64,000 nucleotides of DNA from Vicugna vicugna (GCA_013265495.1 MU061464.1:4923566-4987565); one strand, 5' to 3'; shown: positions 1-11,998, counted from the first letter of the stretch. The notes: generated from the letters alone by a model not told the origin. Program-made: numbers and translations.

Positions 1-700
1 TTCCTAGGTTTTTCGTTTTGGTTGTGTTTCCCAGTTAAATTACTTCCCTAAACGAACATTTTGCAGCATATTAACTTGCAGTGCATTTATTAATGTTAAT
101 TGTCTTCTTACCTCTCTTTCAATTTTGCTTTTGCTAAAATATTGGTAGCCTTAGGAGGTCCTTCTTGTGTGGGTCAGAGTTGGGAGATGTTGGTGAATGG
201 CTACCTGCAGAGGTGTGGGCAGGGTAAGGGAATAAATAGGGAATGCTGAGGTGCCAGGAGACTGGCAGTGGCAGGAAGCTGTTGACCGCCCTAAGTCTGG
301 GGGCAGGGGGCCCGGGAGAGCATGACCAACGCCCAGTGAGGGCGGGGGCATGGGGGAGGGGCTGTGGGGCTGCAGCATCGGATCCAGTAACTGTGGAGGG
401 ATGTAGGATCCACCAGAGCCGCAGCTCCCGAACAGGTGGGGGAGGGATGAGGAAACACTCCGGCCTCTCTCTCTTTCCACTTTGACTTCTGCTGCCTCTC
501 CCCACTAGTCCCACAGACCGGAAGTCAGCAGGCAAGGGCGCCCAGAGCAAGCGGTCCCCAAGAGGCTGACCTCTCAGTCACACAACAGGGCAGAGAAGAG
601 TGGAGAATGCTTAGGGAGGCACACAAGGGAGCTCAACCCTCATGGTACTTTTTAAGACTGGATGCCTCATTATTTTAGTAACTTTACACACATTTGAGTC

Positions 701-701
701 T

Positions 702-736
<35 letters not shown>
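701..736. repeat. (TG)n microsatellite
   Basis: TGTGTA followed by 15 perfect TG units (707-736). It produces the HTHTHT artefact ORFs on the minus strand. Confidence 0.97.
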
Positions 737-737
<1 letters not shown>

Positions 738-1408
738 TGGGAAATGGGACAAATTTTCACATAAAAGACCAAAATCTCCTTCACTGCATGTGATTTGAAT
801 GTTCTCATCTTGTTTCCCTTCTATGTAGCAAGCTTTTGTGTATACCAATTTTTTATTAAAAAATGCTAGAGATAGAATGCTAGACATAAATAACAATTAT
901 CACAAAATATCAACATTTTTATTAGAATAAACATAGAAATTGATTTGGTAGAGCTATTCATCTACTGATCTTTTACCTTTATTAAATAATCAGGAATTCT
1001 GGCATTGATTTGTTCTTTAAAAATTGTATTTATTGCTTCTGATTGGATTAACTTATTGATATTTCAGTTTTTTAAAAAATGATACATTTCCAGAATTGAT
1101 TTTGTTTATTCTCATTAAATTAAGCCCTGGCTTTTCCTGCTTCCTAGCTCCCCTTTCATATCTGCATTCTACATCCCTTCAAAACAGCTTTTGTTTTTCA
1201 AGATGATAAACAATTTAAATTACTATAGATATCTATATTTGTAAGTATGTCTTTAATTAACATATTTTAATAGATTTTTTTCACATTCAGTGTCTTCAAA
1301 TAACATTGATCCATTACAGATAAACTTGAAAAATGATTTTAATATTTCACTGTGTATTTATTCAACAAAGATCTATCAAGTATCGATGCCGTAAAAGATA
1401 TTAATGCC

Positions 1409-1630
1409 TAACATTTACTGAGTGTTTAATATGTGCCAGCACATTAGAGAGATTATTTCACCTGACCTTTGCAATAACTCTGCGAAGCAGGTTTCTTTCT
1501 TATCATAGTTTTTCATGAGGAACTGGGGCACAGAACAGTTGACTGACTCGCCCAGGGTCCCAGTGCTAGTGAGTTGAGTGTTGGTATTTTAACCCAAAGA
1601 GTCTGAATCCAGAGGCCAGGTTTGTAACCA
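1409..1630 (-). mobile_element. MIR SINE
   Basis: taacatttactgagtgtttaatatgtgccagc...catgaggaactggggcacagaacagttgactgactcgcccagggtc matches the reverse complement of the MIR tail and core as recalled. Confidence 0.8.
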
Positions 1631-1709
1631 TTATTATCAAACCTGCTATAGTTTACAAAGAATAATAAAACATTTTTCTGCCCTAAATGATTTTACTATT
1701 GGCTTAGGT

Positions 1710-1909
1710 CAGGGATCAACAACCTATAGCTCACCTGTTTTCATAAATAAAATTTTCTTGGATCACAGCCACACTCACTTGTTTATGTCTTTTCTATGGA
1801 TGCTTTTGAGCTGCAGAGGCAGAGCTGAGTCATTATGATACAAACTGTGTACCTGCAAGGCCTAAAATGTTTCTTATCCAGCCCTTACAGAAAAGTTTGC
1901 CAACTGCTG
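1710..1909. mobile_element. MER58A-like hAT-Charlie non-autonomous DNA transposon
   Basis: Ends cagggatcaacaac ... gtttgccaactgctg (decayed TIRs). Internal cacagccacactcacttgtttat and cctaaaatgtttcttatccagcccttacagaaaagtttgcc match recalled MER58A. Confidence 0.8.
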
Positions 1910-4526
1910 GCATGGATGTCCACAGAATTAACTGTAACGAAGGCAGTATATATATTAAGCATTATTTTTTTTAAAAGTGTAGCTGGACTGCAACGAATGA
2001 GTAGTTAATTACAACTTGAAAACATAAGGAGTGGGACTTTTTATGAAAATGACATTATGACTTGATCATTGAAAAGTGAGTAGAACCCTGAGCCAGTGCC
2101 CTGCGAGAAGAAAGGTACCATGAATCTCTTCCCCTGTTGAGGAAAATTAGGGCAGTGATTTTTACATTTCCTCTTCATCATCGCTTTTGCGAGACCAACA
2201 GTCCCAAATTATTTCCAGCCCTTTCTCTCATAGACCAAGAAACCCTACTAATACAGTGTCTCATTGTCCTGGCTGAAGTGGTCCAGAGATGGGAGGGCTG
2301 AAGATCCCAGTACTGTGGACATGGCGATGGAGCAACCCTGCTGTTCCCCGGGTTATACTTTTGTCCAATTTGACGTTGCTGATTATACTTGCAGGACATG
2401 CGTGGCTCCTGCTCCTGACTGTGCTGCAGCCTGGTGCCCTCCTGTTGGCTGAGCCTCAACATAACCTTCCTTCTCCTGAGAATTAGCGACAGTCCAGTTG
2501 TTCCTGATTAACTGAAAAGTACTTTTTAAGCCCAGATTGTTTCTTTAGGAATAGATCTCTCCGGAAATTTTTCAAACATTTATGAACTTATAATGCAAGA
2601 TAAAGTGGGCAGTGAGCACACTCAGAAAAGTCATTATCTGAGCCCCTCCTACTGAGTGGATGAAAGTGTAAGGGAGTCAAATGTCAGAATCAGAAGAAGG
2701 TAAAGTGGGAAACCAGAGAGACAAGGGAAGGGATGGAGCTCTGCAATTCCCAAAAGCTCTCACCTGGAGCGCTCACCTGCTCAGAGTGAACACTAGACAT
2801 AAGCAACCTTGACCTCTTCCATTTGTTTTACTACACTCATATTTCTGGTTGATCATCAGAGGTTACTAAATATGCAACACAGCCCTGATTTCCTAAAAAG
2901 AAAAGTTATTAAAGACATTATCTCACTTTAAATAAAATCTCTGTGAAACCCAAAAGGAAATGCTTTGTTGAGCAGGGATGAAAGTCAACAGGAACTTGCA
3001 GGTGAAGAAAAAAGCTGAATTGTCAGCAGGAGGGCACTTTGACTCTAAGTCCAACCAGATCCGACTTCTCTGGAAGGAAATGAGGGATGGGCAGAAAGGC
3101 AGTTTCAGTTAGGGCTAAACCGTAGACAAGTGCATCATAAACCTGGATTCCTGCCAGTGCACAGAAGATTTGGGGAATTAGAATACGTTTGCTTGACTTA
3201 ACGTATGCTCGTTCGATAAATCAAGTAAACCTAGGTTACTGATCGGCATTATGTAAGTGTAAATATAATTGTAATTCTCAAATGTATTACTTGTTAGTTC
3301 TTGCTATAGGTCTAATTTTGATTCTTAGCCATTCATTATACACAAGTCAATGAAAGATGACTTTTATTACAGGCATCAGAGTTTAAATCATAGAAGAGTA
3401 AGAGAAAAAGGACCACATGCTTGCTGTGTGGGGCTGAGAATACAAGAACCGATTCTAGACCTGGCATCAAAAACCCAGGTTTTCTCCTTTGACTCCCAGT
3501 GTAACCCCTGACAAAGCAGGAGGCAGTTTCCCCCAGCTGTCTTTCTGCCCATCTTTATCTCTCTCTACCACCTTCTAAGCTCAGTCTGAAAGAGCTGGGA
3601 AAAGAGCAGAAAGCAAAACCCTTAGCCATCCTAAAATATGGGAACCCGAATTTGTATTTCCATTTATAACTGCTACGTTTGGCTAGAAACTTTTATAAAG
3701 TTAAGTTTAAAGGTAAATACTTCTTTACGATTTGATTCCTTGTACCTGTGGAGATTCTTTGTTGTCTACCAAATTTTATGCCCTCCATCTCTGTGGCAGT
3801 AGACTTCTACGTGGGCACTTGGCTGCCCGAGGAGGGAGTACGTTTCCCAGCTCTCCCCTTGCCCAGGGAACTGAGTTTCTGCCCATGGATATATATTAAA
3901 ATATGTATAATAGATTAAAATATATAAATGTACCTTAATTTTTTTTTCTGTTATCTGACACATGCTATCAACTATTACTGAGCGAAACAGACAAGTTCAG
4001 AACAGGAGAACAGAAGATAAAGTACCTAGCAATCACCTTTAGGTAACTTAGTTTCTTTCTCAGACTTTCCAAAACCCAAATTCTGCACTTAGCTTTTTAT
4101 AATGATCTCTGTGTATCATTCTTCAAATTTTCTTCAAGCTTAATGTAGACTCAAATTGTCCATGGCCTCTGTCTTTAGGTTTCCTGTGTGAGGGTCTGTA
4201 TGACTAACTATAGTTTCCATGGCCTCAATTCGTACCATCTGTGGTCCTCAGAAGTCCCCAGTCACTGTCCCTGGAAGGCTCTCATTATTCACCATGTTGA
4301 AGAGAACTTTCTCTGTTCCCTTTATTATTAAATCCTTAACAAACTGTAAAAATCAGCTGCTTTTTAATGTTGAAAAAATTAAAAAACACAATTTTACAAA
4401 AATGTTTCATTTTCATAGTTGAACTGGATTATAGAAACAACAAAAATAAAATTGCAATTTTTATCAGCAACATTGGGTAAAGTAAATAGTTACAGAAAAC
4501 AATTCCATTTGTTCATTTGTCTTTCA

Positions 4527-4645
4527 TGATAAACTACCTAAAGTCAAGGACTGGGTCTGTCTTGTTCACCATTTACTCCCAAGCCCCTCACACAAACACT
4601 GGCCATTGCAGATACTCACTACATGTTTATTAAAAGAATAAATAA
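4527..4645 (+). mobile_element. L2 LINE 3' end
   Basis: aaggactgggtctgtcttgttcacc...atactcactacatgtttattaaaagaataaataa resembles the L2 3' terminus. Confidence 0.65.
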
Positions 4646-6698
4646 TTGCTGTTTTTTTTCAATAACAAGACTCAGTAAGTATTCTCAATGCTCAGTCCTT
4701 AAGAAGGTGTTCAGTTCATGTTTCTTTGTCCTGGCAACAGACAGGTGGATAACAAAGGATGTGAAATGAATATAGAGAGTGGTATGGACTGCTGATGCAT
4801 GAATGCTTGTGACTGCTGACAGCTTCCAAAGGTTCCTACCTGACCTGGCGTGAGAAGCACAGGTGAGAGTCTAACCTCTGCGTCCTGGCTCGTCTGCGTA
4901 CAAGTTCTGGTACCTGCGCGTCCTCGGTGTTGGTTAGCTGGCCTGATGCAGTCAGCTCAATCTCCAGGCTTAGAGCGGAGGAGCGGCACGCTTAAAGAAA
5001 GGGCGCGGCCAGCATCAGAGCCTCTTCGTGTTGCTTTTATCCCCTTTCCAAATACTGCCAAAATGTGACCCAGTGATTTGACAGGACCTTGTGTTCCACA
5101 CAGGGAAATGGACTAGCGATGAAACTGCTTAGTGAACTCTTTATTAACTAGTATCAGAATAACAGTGGCGCCAATACGTTGAGCACCTGAAAAAAAATTG
5201 AAATCTGTAAAATCTCTGTCTCAAACTGTTTTGGCCTGGTTATGATATGTGCTTTGCATTTTGCTTTCTCTCTCCTCCTTCCCCTTATATCCCAGAGAGA
5301 GAGTGAAGTTAAAGGGCCATAACATGAAAATAAAAATGGAAAAGAGCTGAGATAAATGACTCCCCACACAGCAGACACCGGGCCAGGGCACTGACTGGCG
5401 GACGAGCCTGCACCTCCAGTGACAGATCCTGGTTCGGGCTGGTGGCCTTGGCTTTCTCTACTCATTCCCTGCAGCTGCACGGCTGCCTGCCATCCACCAG
5501 GCACACAGTCGTATGTGTAATATGCGGTTCATCTTCACTCGCCATCTTGGATCTTTCTGCTACAGCATCATGACCGAGGCCATGCACTGCGGATTAAGAA
5601 CGCCCAACCACATCAGACCCAGCTAAGACGGGAAGCAAGGGGAGAAGCAAGTGGGACTAGCTGGAAATCAAAGCGGATGGATCCTGAAGCCTGTGCTGAA
5701 ACAGCCCTGTCGGGGGGAGCCGGTGCTGGGGTCTCCTCGAGCTCATTTCTGGGAAGTACATATCGGAGTGGCTCACAATCTAGTAGTTCAAAAGCTCCTC
5801 ACCGCTCTCCTTCCCGAATGTATACAGCCATCAAATTCGCCCCAATGCTGCGGATAGCGCTTCCCACCTGAACGGGCTCACCCACGAAGTCTGTAAAACA
5901 GCGCAGGTCACATAGCACATCGTCAGCCAGTGTTAGCGATCATCATTATGATCGTTATTCATTTCGCCACGTTTTCACCCTTGTCTATTCAGAAGAACCA
6001 GTCTTTGGCTAAGCTCCAAATACCAACTGTGACCATCATCAAACACAAGACACTACGACAGCCTGCACACATGACAACCTTCAAAACGAGTCGAGTCTCC
6101 ATTTCTTTTATGTCTGTTGTCTTATTTCCAGCAGACGGTCTAATTTCTCTGTGGCCAACTTAGGAGAAAATCACAATTAGAAATACAAGAATTGTATGTT
6201 TCCATTTAATAATAATACAAAATTATGTTCTCAGAATCTTGGTGGCATTCAGATACGTTTAGGGATTTCATCTTTCATCTCCATTTTCTTAGAATCTGTC
6301 TTCATAAAATCAGATGATTCAGAAATTGGATGAAGGAGGAAAAAAGAAGAAAAGAAAACTAACTTTAAGAAGAAGTGTACAAGTAGACGCTCAACTCATT
6401 AGCAAGTAATATCCAGAAAGACAGTTACCATATGGACCTGCCGGTGCTGAAAAACTGGCTTCCATCAAGGGGAGGGGCTGTTAAGAGGCTCAGGGATGGC
6501 TGTTAGAATGAAACCTTCTGCTTATTGCTTCTCTCCTGAGCAAGTTTTCTCCCCTCTCTGGCTGACGGAGGCTGTTGCCTTTAAGGCTTCATTTTCTTTG
6601 TGAGCCTTTTTGAATGTTAATGTCTTTGTGACTCATTAACCTGGGGTAGTTGTTTTGCACTCTGAGCACCAGGACATCTCGTAGGGATGAACCGGGGC

Positions 6699-6878
6699 NN
6701 NNNNNNNNNNNNNNNNNNNNNNNNNNNNNNNNNNNNNNNNNNNNNNNNNNNNNNNNNNNNNNNNNNNNNNNNNNNNNNNNNNNNNNNNNNNNNNNNNNNN
6801 NNNNNNNNNNNNNNNNNNNNNNNNNNNNNNNNNNNNNNNNNNNNNNNNNNNNNNNNNNNNNNNNNNNNNNNNNNNNNN
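6699..6878. other. Assembly gap (180 N)
   Basis: Run of N. Confidence 0.99.
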
Positions 6879-8314
6879 CGTCCTGCACGGCGGAGACAGG
6901 ACCTTGACCACCAGGGGTAGTGCGGGAGGCTGGATAATTGAGGAGGCAGGAAGTCAGTGCGGAGAAGATGGCCAAAGTGCGGGTAGGGATGGATTATGTC
7001 ATTATTGGTTAACCCTCTCCTACCTGTTAACTGAAAACTATTTGTATGCTTGAGGAGCCAGGAAATCTTCAGTGAAGGGAAAAGAATTATCACTCACTGC
7101 TCAAGCAGACTGAATTTTTTTGATAACTGTGCTTTTCTGCAAATTGTCGTTCTAATGTCTGATATTCAGAGAGTACACTTGCTGGGAGCCCACGGAGTTT
7201 TAGGAAGGCACAAGGGGAAGTGAGTGTTTAGGGCTGAAAGCTCCTTCCTCAGAAGCAAACATCATTTTGCCTAGTGTGTTTGGCCCTGTCCGCTTCTTCT
7301 GAAAGACACATAGGGAGGAATACACAGATTCAGGAAAGGGCGTTTGTGTTCTGTGCCATCATTTCGTCCGGATCTGTGTTTCTGCCTGTGCTCTTCCTCC
7401 TTATGGTCTTACATTTTAACTCTGTGATTTAGTTCTCTTTTCCTAGGTTCGTTAATGTCTGTTGTTCCTTCCAAGAACCTTAATTGGCTTAAGTAACTTT
7501 GAGATTAAGCAAATCAAGGTCTTGAACTACTCAGATTTCTAGACACACCCAAATCTTAATATTGACATATACAGATAGAATTCATGGTATAAAGGCTTTT
7601 CATTTTCTGATATAGCAGTTGAGACATTCTTAAGAATGAAGTAGAAATTTATATTTATTATTGCCAAAGTAATGGCCTACCAAACTAATTATTATTGTGA
7701 AAGCAATTGATTTTATTACAAAAATAATTATTTGGCATGTTCAAAGGATCAAGTAGAGAAACTGACGGTTCTGATGAATACTAATAAAGTATTGGGTAGA
7801 TAACTTTGGGAGGAACATAATCTTTTTTGAGTTAATACATGTTTATAAAATTTAAATAGTAAGAGGCTGAATAACTGAGATTAGAATAAATTATAATTTT
7901 AATCTTTGTAAAATTGTTTGACACAGTAGTATTTATAACATTACACAAAATTGCACTGGAGTACTGTATTTAGTATTTAGCTATCTAATTCTGTTTATGC
8001 CAAGATTTCTTTCAAGAAAAATTCCTATTTGGAATTATTCATGATTTTTGAGAATGTCAACTTTACCACCTCAAAATTTTCATGAGGAGGAAAATTTCCC
8101 AAGTCACTTCAGTGGTACCCAGAATAAGGATTTGATCCAAGCAAAAGAAAGAAAGTGACATGAAGGAAATAAAGGACTCCACATACTTTATCTTCACTAA
8201 TCAAGCTTCAAAGCAACAGACATTACAAAACGAGGTTAAGACAATTACTTTTAATCTTAAATCTACTGAGGTTAAATATGGTGTTTGAATTGTGTCAACT
8301 TCAATGCTCCAGTC

Positions 8315-8440
8315 CAGTGGTTCTCAAAGGGCGGTCCCTGAACCAGCAAGTCAGCGTCACCTGTGGGAACAAGGCCCACAGTGGCTGTTACCAGGAGGCC
8401 TCCAATGACCCAAGGGTGTGCCAAGGTATGAGAATTATTG
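8315..8440. mobile_element. MER5-like hAT-Charlie element, internally deleted
   Basis: Starts cagtggttctcaaa and ends tgagaattattg (decayed tgagaaccactg TIR). Confidence 0.65.
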
Positions 8441-8477
8441 CTCTAGATTGCTAACCATTTTCAGTAGTTGAAAAAGA

Positions 8478-8625
8478 TTTTTTTTTTTTTTGCAATGGGG
8501 ATGCAGGAGGGGGAGGTAGTTAGGTATTTATTTATTTACTTACTTATTTAATGGAGGCCCTGGGGGTTGAACCCAGGACCTGGTGCATGCTAAGCATGTG
8601 TTCCACCACTGAGCTATAGCCTCCC
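8478..8625 (-). mobile_element. Camelid tRNA-derived SINE (Vic-1 type)
   Basis: Reverse complement gggaggctatagctcagtggtggaacacatgcttagcatgcaccaggtcctgggttcaaccccc carries A- and B-box motifs, then a (taaa)n linker, acctaactacctccccc and an A tail. Confidence 0.9.
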
Positions 8626-9254
8626 TTCCAAAAAAGAATAATTTTTGAAAGTTGCCCAAGCTATTAATCTGAGGCACAAAGTTTCTTCTAAAAAAGAAAT
8701 TACTGAAAAACACGTTTCTGAATTTCCTTCTGCTGGATGCAAAAAGCTTACCAGTATTAGTAAACATGGCTGTTGCAAACAAGCACATGTTTAGTGTCAC
8801 ATATGTTGTGTAGTGACTGTGAGTTCAATCCAGCAGCTGGTAGTTCTTAAAAGTCACTCTTCTTGCACCATATCTTTAAACTTTGAAAATCTGTCTATTG
8901 AAGCTTTCACAATAAAACTGTAGTCCTAATCACAATTTTTGATATACTTATAATGCATTCTTTTCTTCTGTGCGTTATCTTCCTGAAGGAGACGTTCACT
9001 TTTAGTTGACTGTTGCTTTTGACAACCAACCATTCTGTTAGACCAAAAGGTGTATTTGGTTCACTTGTAGTATGAAGTTGTAGTTCTCTTAAAAAAACCT
9101 AATCAGGAAGATGTCCTTTTGCTTTTTTTCATTCTTTTATGTAGATGCCTTTGTTTTTTGTATTTTTTTTTGCCTCCTTGCTTGTTTCCTTCGTTGCACA
9201 TTTTACAATGTCAAATTAGTTTATTTATCCATTTCCTTAGTAGATTGTATCTCT

Positions 9255-9365
9255 TTCCTACTTGACTGTCAGCCCCACAGGCAGAGACGTGTGCCTGGTT
9301 CAAAGGGTGGTGCGAGCTGTCTGCCCGTGCAGGACTCCCCAATATTGTCGAATGAATGAATGCAT
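9255..9365 (+). mobile_element. L2 LINE 3' end, degraded
   Basis: ttgactgtcagccccacaggcagagac...aatattgtcgaatgaatgaatg ends in the typical (aatg)n L2 tail. Confidence 0.55.
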
Positions 9366-9907
9366 TAATATACTCAATTAGAATGAACAGAGTGCTTGAT
9401 ATAGAAATCAAACTCCAAAGTACATGGTTAGTGCTTTAAAAATGCTCCTTAGTAAAAATTAGTTTCTAGTCCCGCAGAAGGTAAAGTGAAGCGTTAAACC
9501 ATCTCTCAAATTTACACACTAAAGGCTTTTACACGTAGTTCTCTGCCACGAGTGCTGCAGTCCCTTCAACGGAAGCTGAGTAGGGCAGCCAACTGTCTCT
9601 CTCTCTCTTAAATTATACGTTCCCTGAGGGCAAACGAAGTGCTATTTTATTTATTTTTGCATTCTCCAGTGTCTGGTAGATTGTCACGCTGTGCACATAG
9701 ACAAGAAGAATTCCATTTGGCAGCGTCATGAGTCCATGCCAGCCTTGCCTCCTCTGCCTGTAGCCTCATTGTTCTTGGTGTGAATCATACCGTGGACAGC
9801 TGGGCCGATGAGGAGCTTTGTTTTTTTCCAGGGGCTGTGTTTTTACTTTTTACTTAGCAACACAGATTGAGACCCAATAACCCTCCCGGTTAGATTCAGG
9901 TTTGTAG

Positions 9908-10284
9908 GGACTGTATGTAATAAAGGGGAGGCACAGAATACCAGTAATGGCCATGGTCCTGAGGAAAGGACAGAACACACACGAGCCAGCGAGGGATCAG
10001 CAAGGGTGGCCCCTGAGGCCTCAGGTGCCCGTGATACATGTTCCAGGTGTGCACGCCCCTGGGCAGAGGTGGGACCTGAGAGCACCATGTCCTCCCTTTA
10101 CCCCAAGCGGATGCCAACCGGAACTTCCTACAGAAGAACGTGTGCTTTCAGGCCTCACCTAGTTTCTAGAGACCATGTCGTGCTGACCACCCAGGGGAAG
10201 TCAGCTGTCATGCAGGGTTGCTCACAAGCCGCCGGGACTGAACGTGTCTCTCTGCGCGGTCCAGGTGGCTCCATTCTGAGACAG
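9908..10284 (+). CDS. Candidate internal exon, unrecognised product
   Basis: tttgtag acceptor (alternative gctttcag at 10150-10151) and strong CAG|GTGAGT donor. One frame is open throughout (TVCNKGEAQNTSNGHGPEER...GGSILRQ). No recognisable homology. Confidence 0.18.
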
Positions 10285-10789
10285 GTGAGTGTTCTCCTGT
10301 CCACCCCTTACTCTGACACCTGGGAGAGGCATGGGCAATAATGAGACTTCAGAATCCCCAGACAGGAAGAGAACTGATGAAGTCTGAGTCAATGAAATAA
10401 GTGAGCCCCTTCTGGGATCAGGGAAAAGTCAGATTTAAGCTGCCAGCCCTGTCTTTCCAAAATATCCGCAGCCAACTAGATGTGTAAAACTAAGAGCTGA
10501 ATAAGCATCAGGAGAAGATAATGAAGCGTGGTGCACAGTTTAAGCCTCCCTTGGTGTGTCTCCTTCTTCATATCTTGCTAAGAGGGCATGAACAGGAAAG
10601 GCTCTAGTCTCTGCTGCGACATCCTTCAGCTGTGAGACGTCACTTGATACGATGCAGGCTCATGAAGGTCCTTAGGTGTTGTATTCCCAATTGGGCTCCG
10701 TTAGAGCCTACATTTTTTGAAGGGTTTATGTTAGCTTTACTTTCTTTTATTCATTTCACGAACTTCTTTGAACCTCTCTGTTCACCTAG

Positions 10790-10985
10790 TTCAGGGGTCA
10801 AGAGCCTGGGCTCTGGTGTCAGATTGCACAGGTTTGAATCTCGACTCTACTCCTTTGTGAACTTGAGCAGTTCAGTGCCTCTATTTCAGGTCCTGACCTG
10901 CAGACTGGGATTAATGAAAGCTCTAATGGTTACCATGAGGTTTAAAAGCTTGGATTATCAAAAGTCTCTAAAATAGTGTTGAGAA
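10790..10985 (+). mobile_element. MIR SINE
   Basis: gtcaagagcctgggctctggtgtcagattgcacaggtttgaatctcgactctact...aacttgagcag is a MIR head and core. Confidence 0.75.
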
Positions 10986-11544
10986 CACGGCAAGAGATCA
11001 GTAAATGTCAGCTATCATTACAATCCAGGAGCAGCTCCTGAAGTGTTGTGTGTCCGTGAAGCCGGGAGAGATACGAGATGCAGCGCAGCGCCTCTCCCCA
11101 CAGCGCACACGTGCAGGTCACCGCCAGGGAGCTCACCTGGGAAAACCAACAGTCACACTTAGGGTGACGGGCCCCCCACAGGGTCTCAAAAGAGCCCAAG
11201 AGAGGGGCACCAGATTCTACCTTATAAAGGTAGCAATTCAATTTTTTCTAAGAGAAGCAGCCACTCGGCTCTTGAAGGACATACTGGTGTAATTCTGGCG
11301 TGAGGTGGCCCCTGACAAGGGCTGAGTGCTCTGAACAAGGCCCAGAGGCAGGGCGAGCTGTCTGTCCACACAGGACTCCCCAAATTTGCTTCAGTAGGAA
11401 TCTCTTTGCTGTGGTCCCCTACCTACCTGTCAAAAGGGCTTCACAATGCTTTACTAACATCGCTGGGATTGCTTTAATATTAGTGAGAAAGAGTATTTAT
11501 AAATGTCATGGAGTAAGACACATTTTAGAAGATGTAGAAATTTA

Positions 11545-11720
11545 GGAATTAGATCTGGGTTCAGATTACGGCTCCACGGCTATGAATTTGAGCTGGATAT
11601 CTAGTCTCCCAGGGCCTCTTTCTCTTTTGATAAAATCAGACGTCACAGCACCTACCTCATGAGTTAAACAGGGTCACCCATGAGGGCACTGAGCGCACAG
11701 GGCAGCTGCATCACCATTGC
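11545..11720 (+). mobile_element. MIR SINE
   Basis: agatctgggttcagattacggctccac...gggcctctttctcttttgataaaat...gcacctacctcatgag is a MIR core. Confidence 0.65.
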
Positions 11721-11893
11721 CTTTAGTCCTTTCTGTGGGAAACTTTCAAAAGTAAGGGTATTTGAAATGCAAGAGAGTTGTAAAGATCGTTTATCCAGAC
11801 AGTCATTTATCTCGTCTTGGTAATAATTATTTGAAAATATAGTTCAAGAGCTTTGTGTAGTATTTTAATCACAGCTGTTGGGATTTAAAAGTA

Positions 11894-11998
11894 AGGAGAA
11901 GAAGGAAGAGGAGGAGGGGGAGGAAGAGGGGGAGGAAGAGGAAGAGGGAGAGGAAGAAGAAGGAAGGGGAGGAGGGGGAGGAATAGAAGCCAGAAGAG
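11894..11998. repeat. Purine-rich (GAG/GAA) low-complexity tract
   Basis: About 100 bp of nearly pure G/A (ggagaagaaggaagaggaggagggggaggaagagg...). Confidence 0.9.

Noticed and set aside
611-896. ORFs with HTHTHT runs
   Set aside because: They are translations of the (TG)n microsatellite.
5480-6160. Possible endogenous viral element or retrocopy in the CpG-rich block
   Set aside because: I found no recognisable viral or host protein in any frame, no poly(A) tail and no TSD.
6641-6698. Faint resemblance of LRDVLVLRVQNNY to a Rubicon-family (RUBCNL) segment recalled from memory
   Set aside because: The match is too short and weak, and none of the Cys-rich exons expected for that family were found.
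6908-6921. CTCF-like ccaccaggggtagt
   Set aside because: It lacks the conserved GGC of the core motif, so it cannot be supported from sequence alone.
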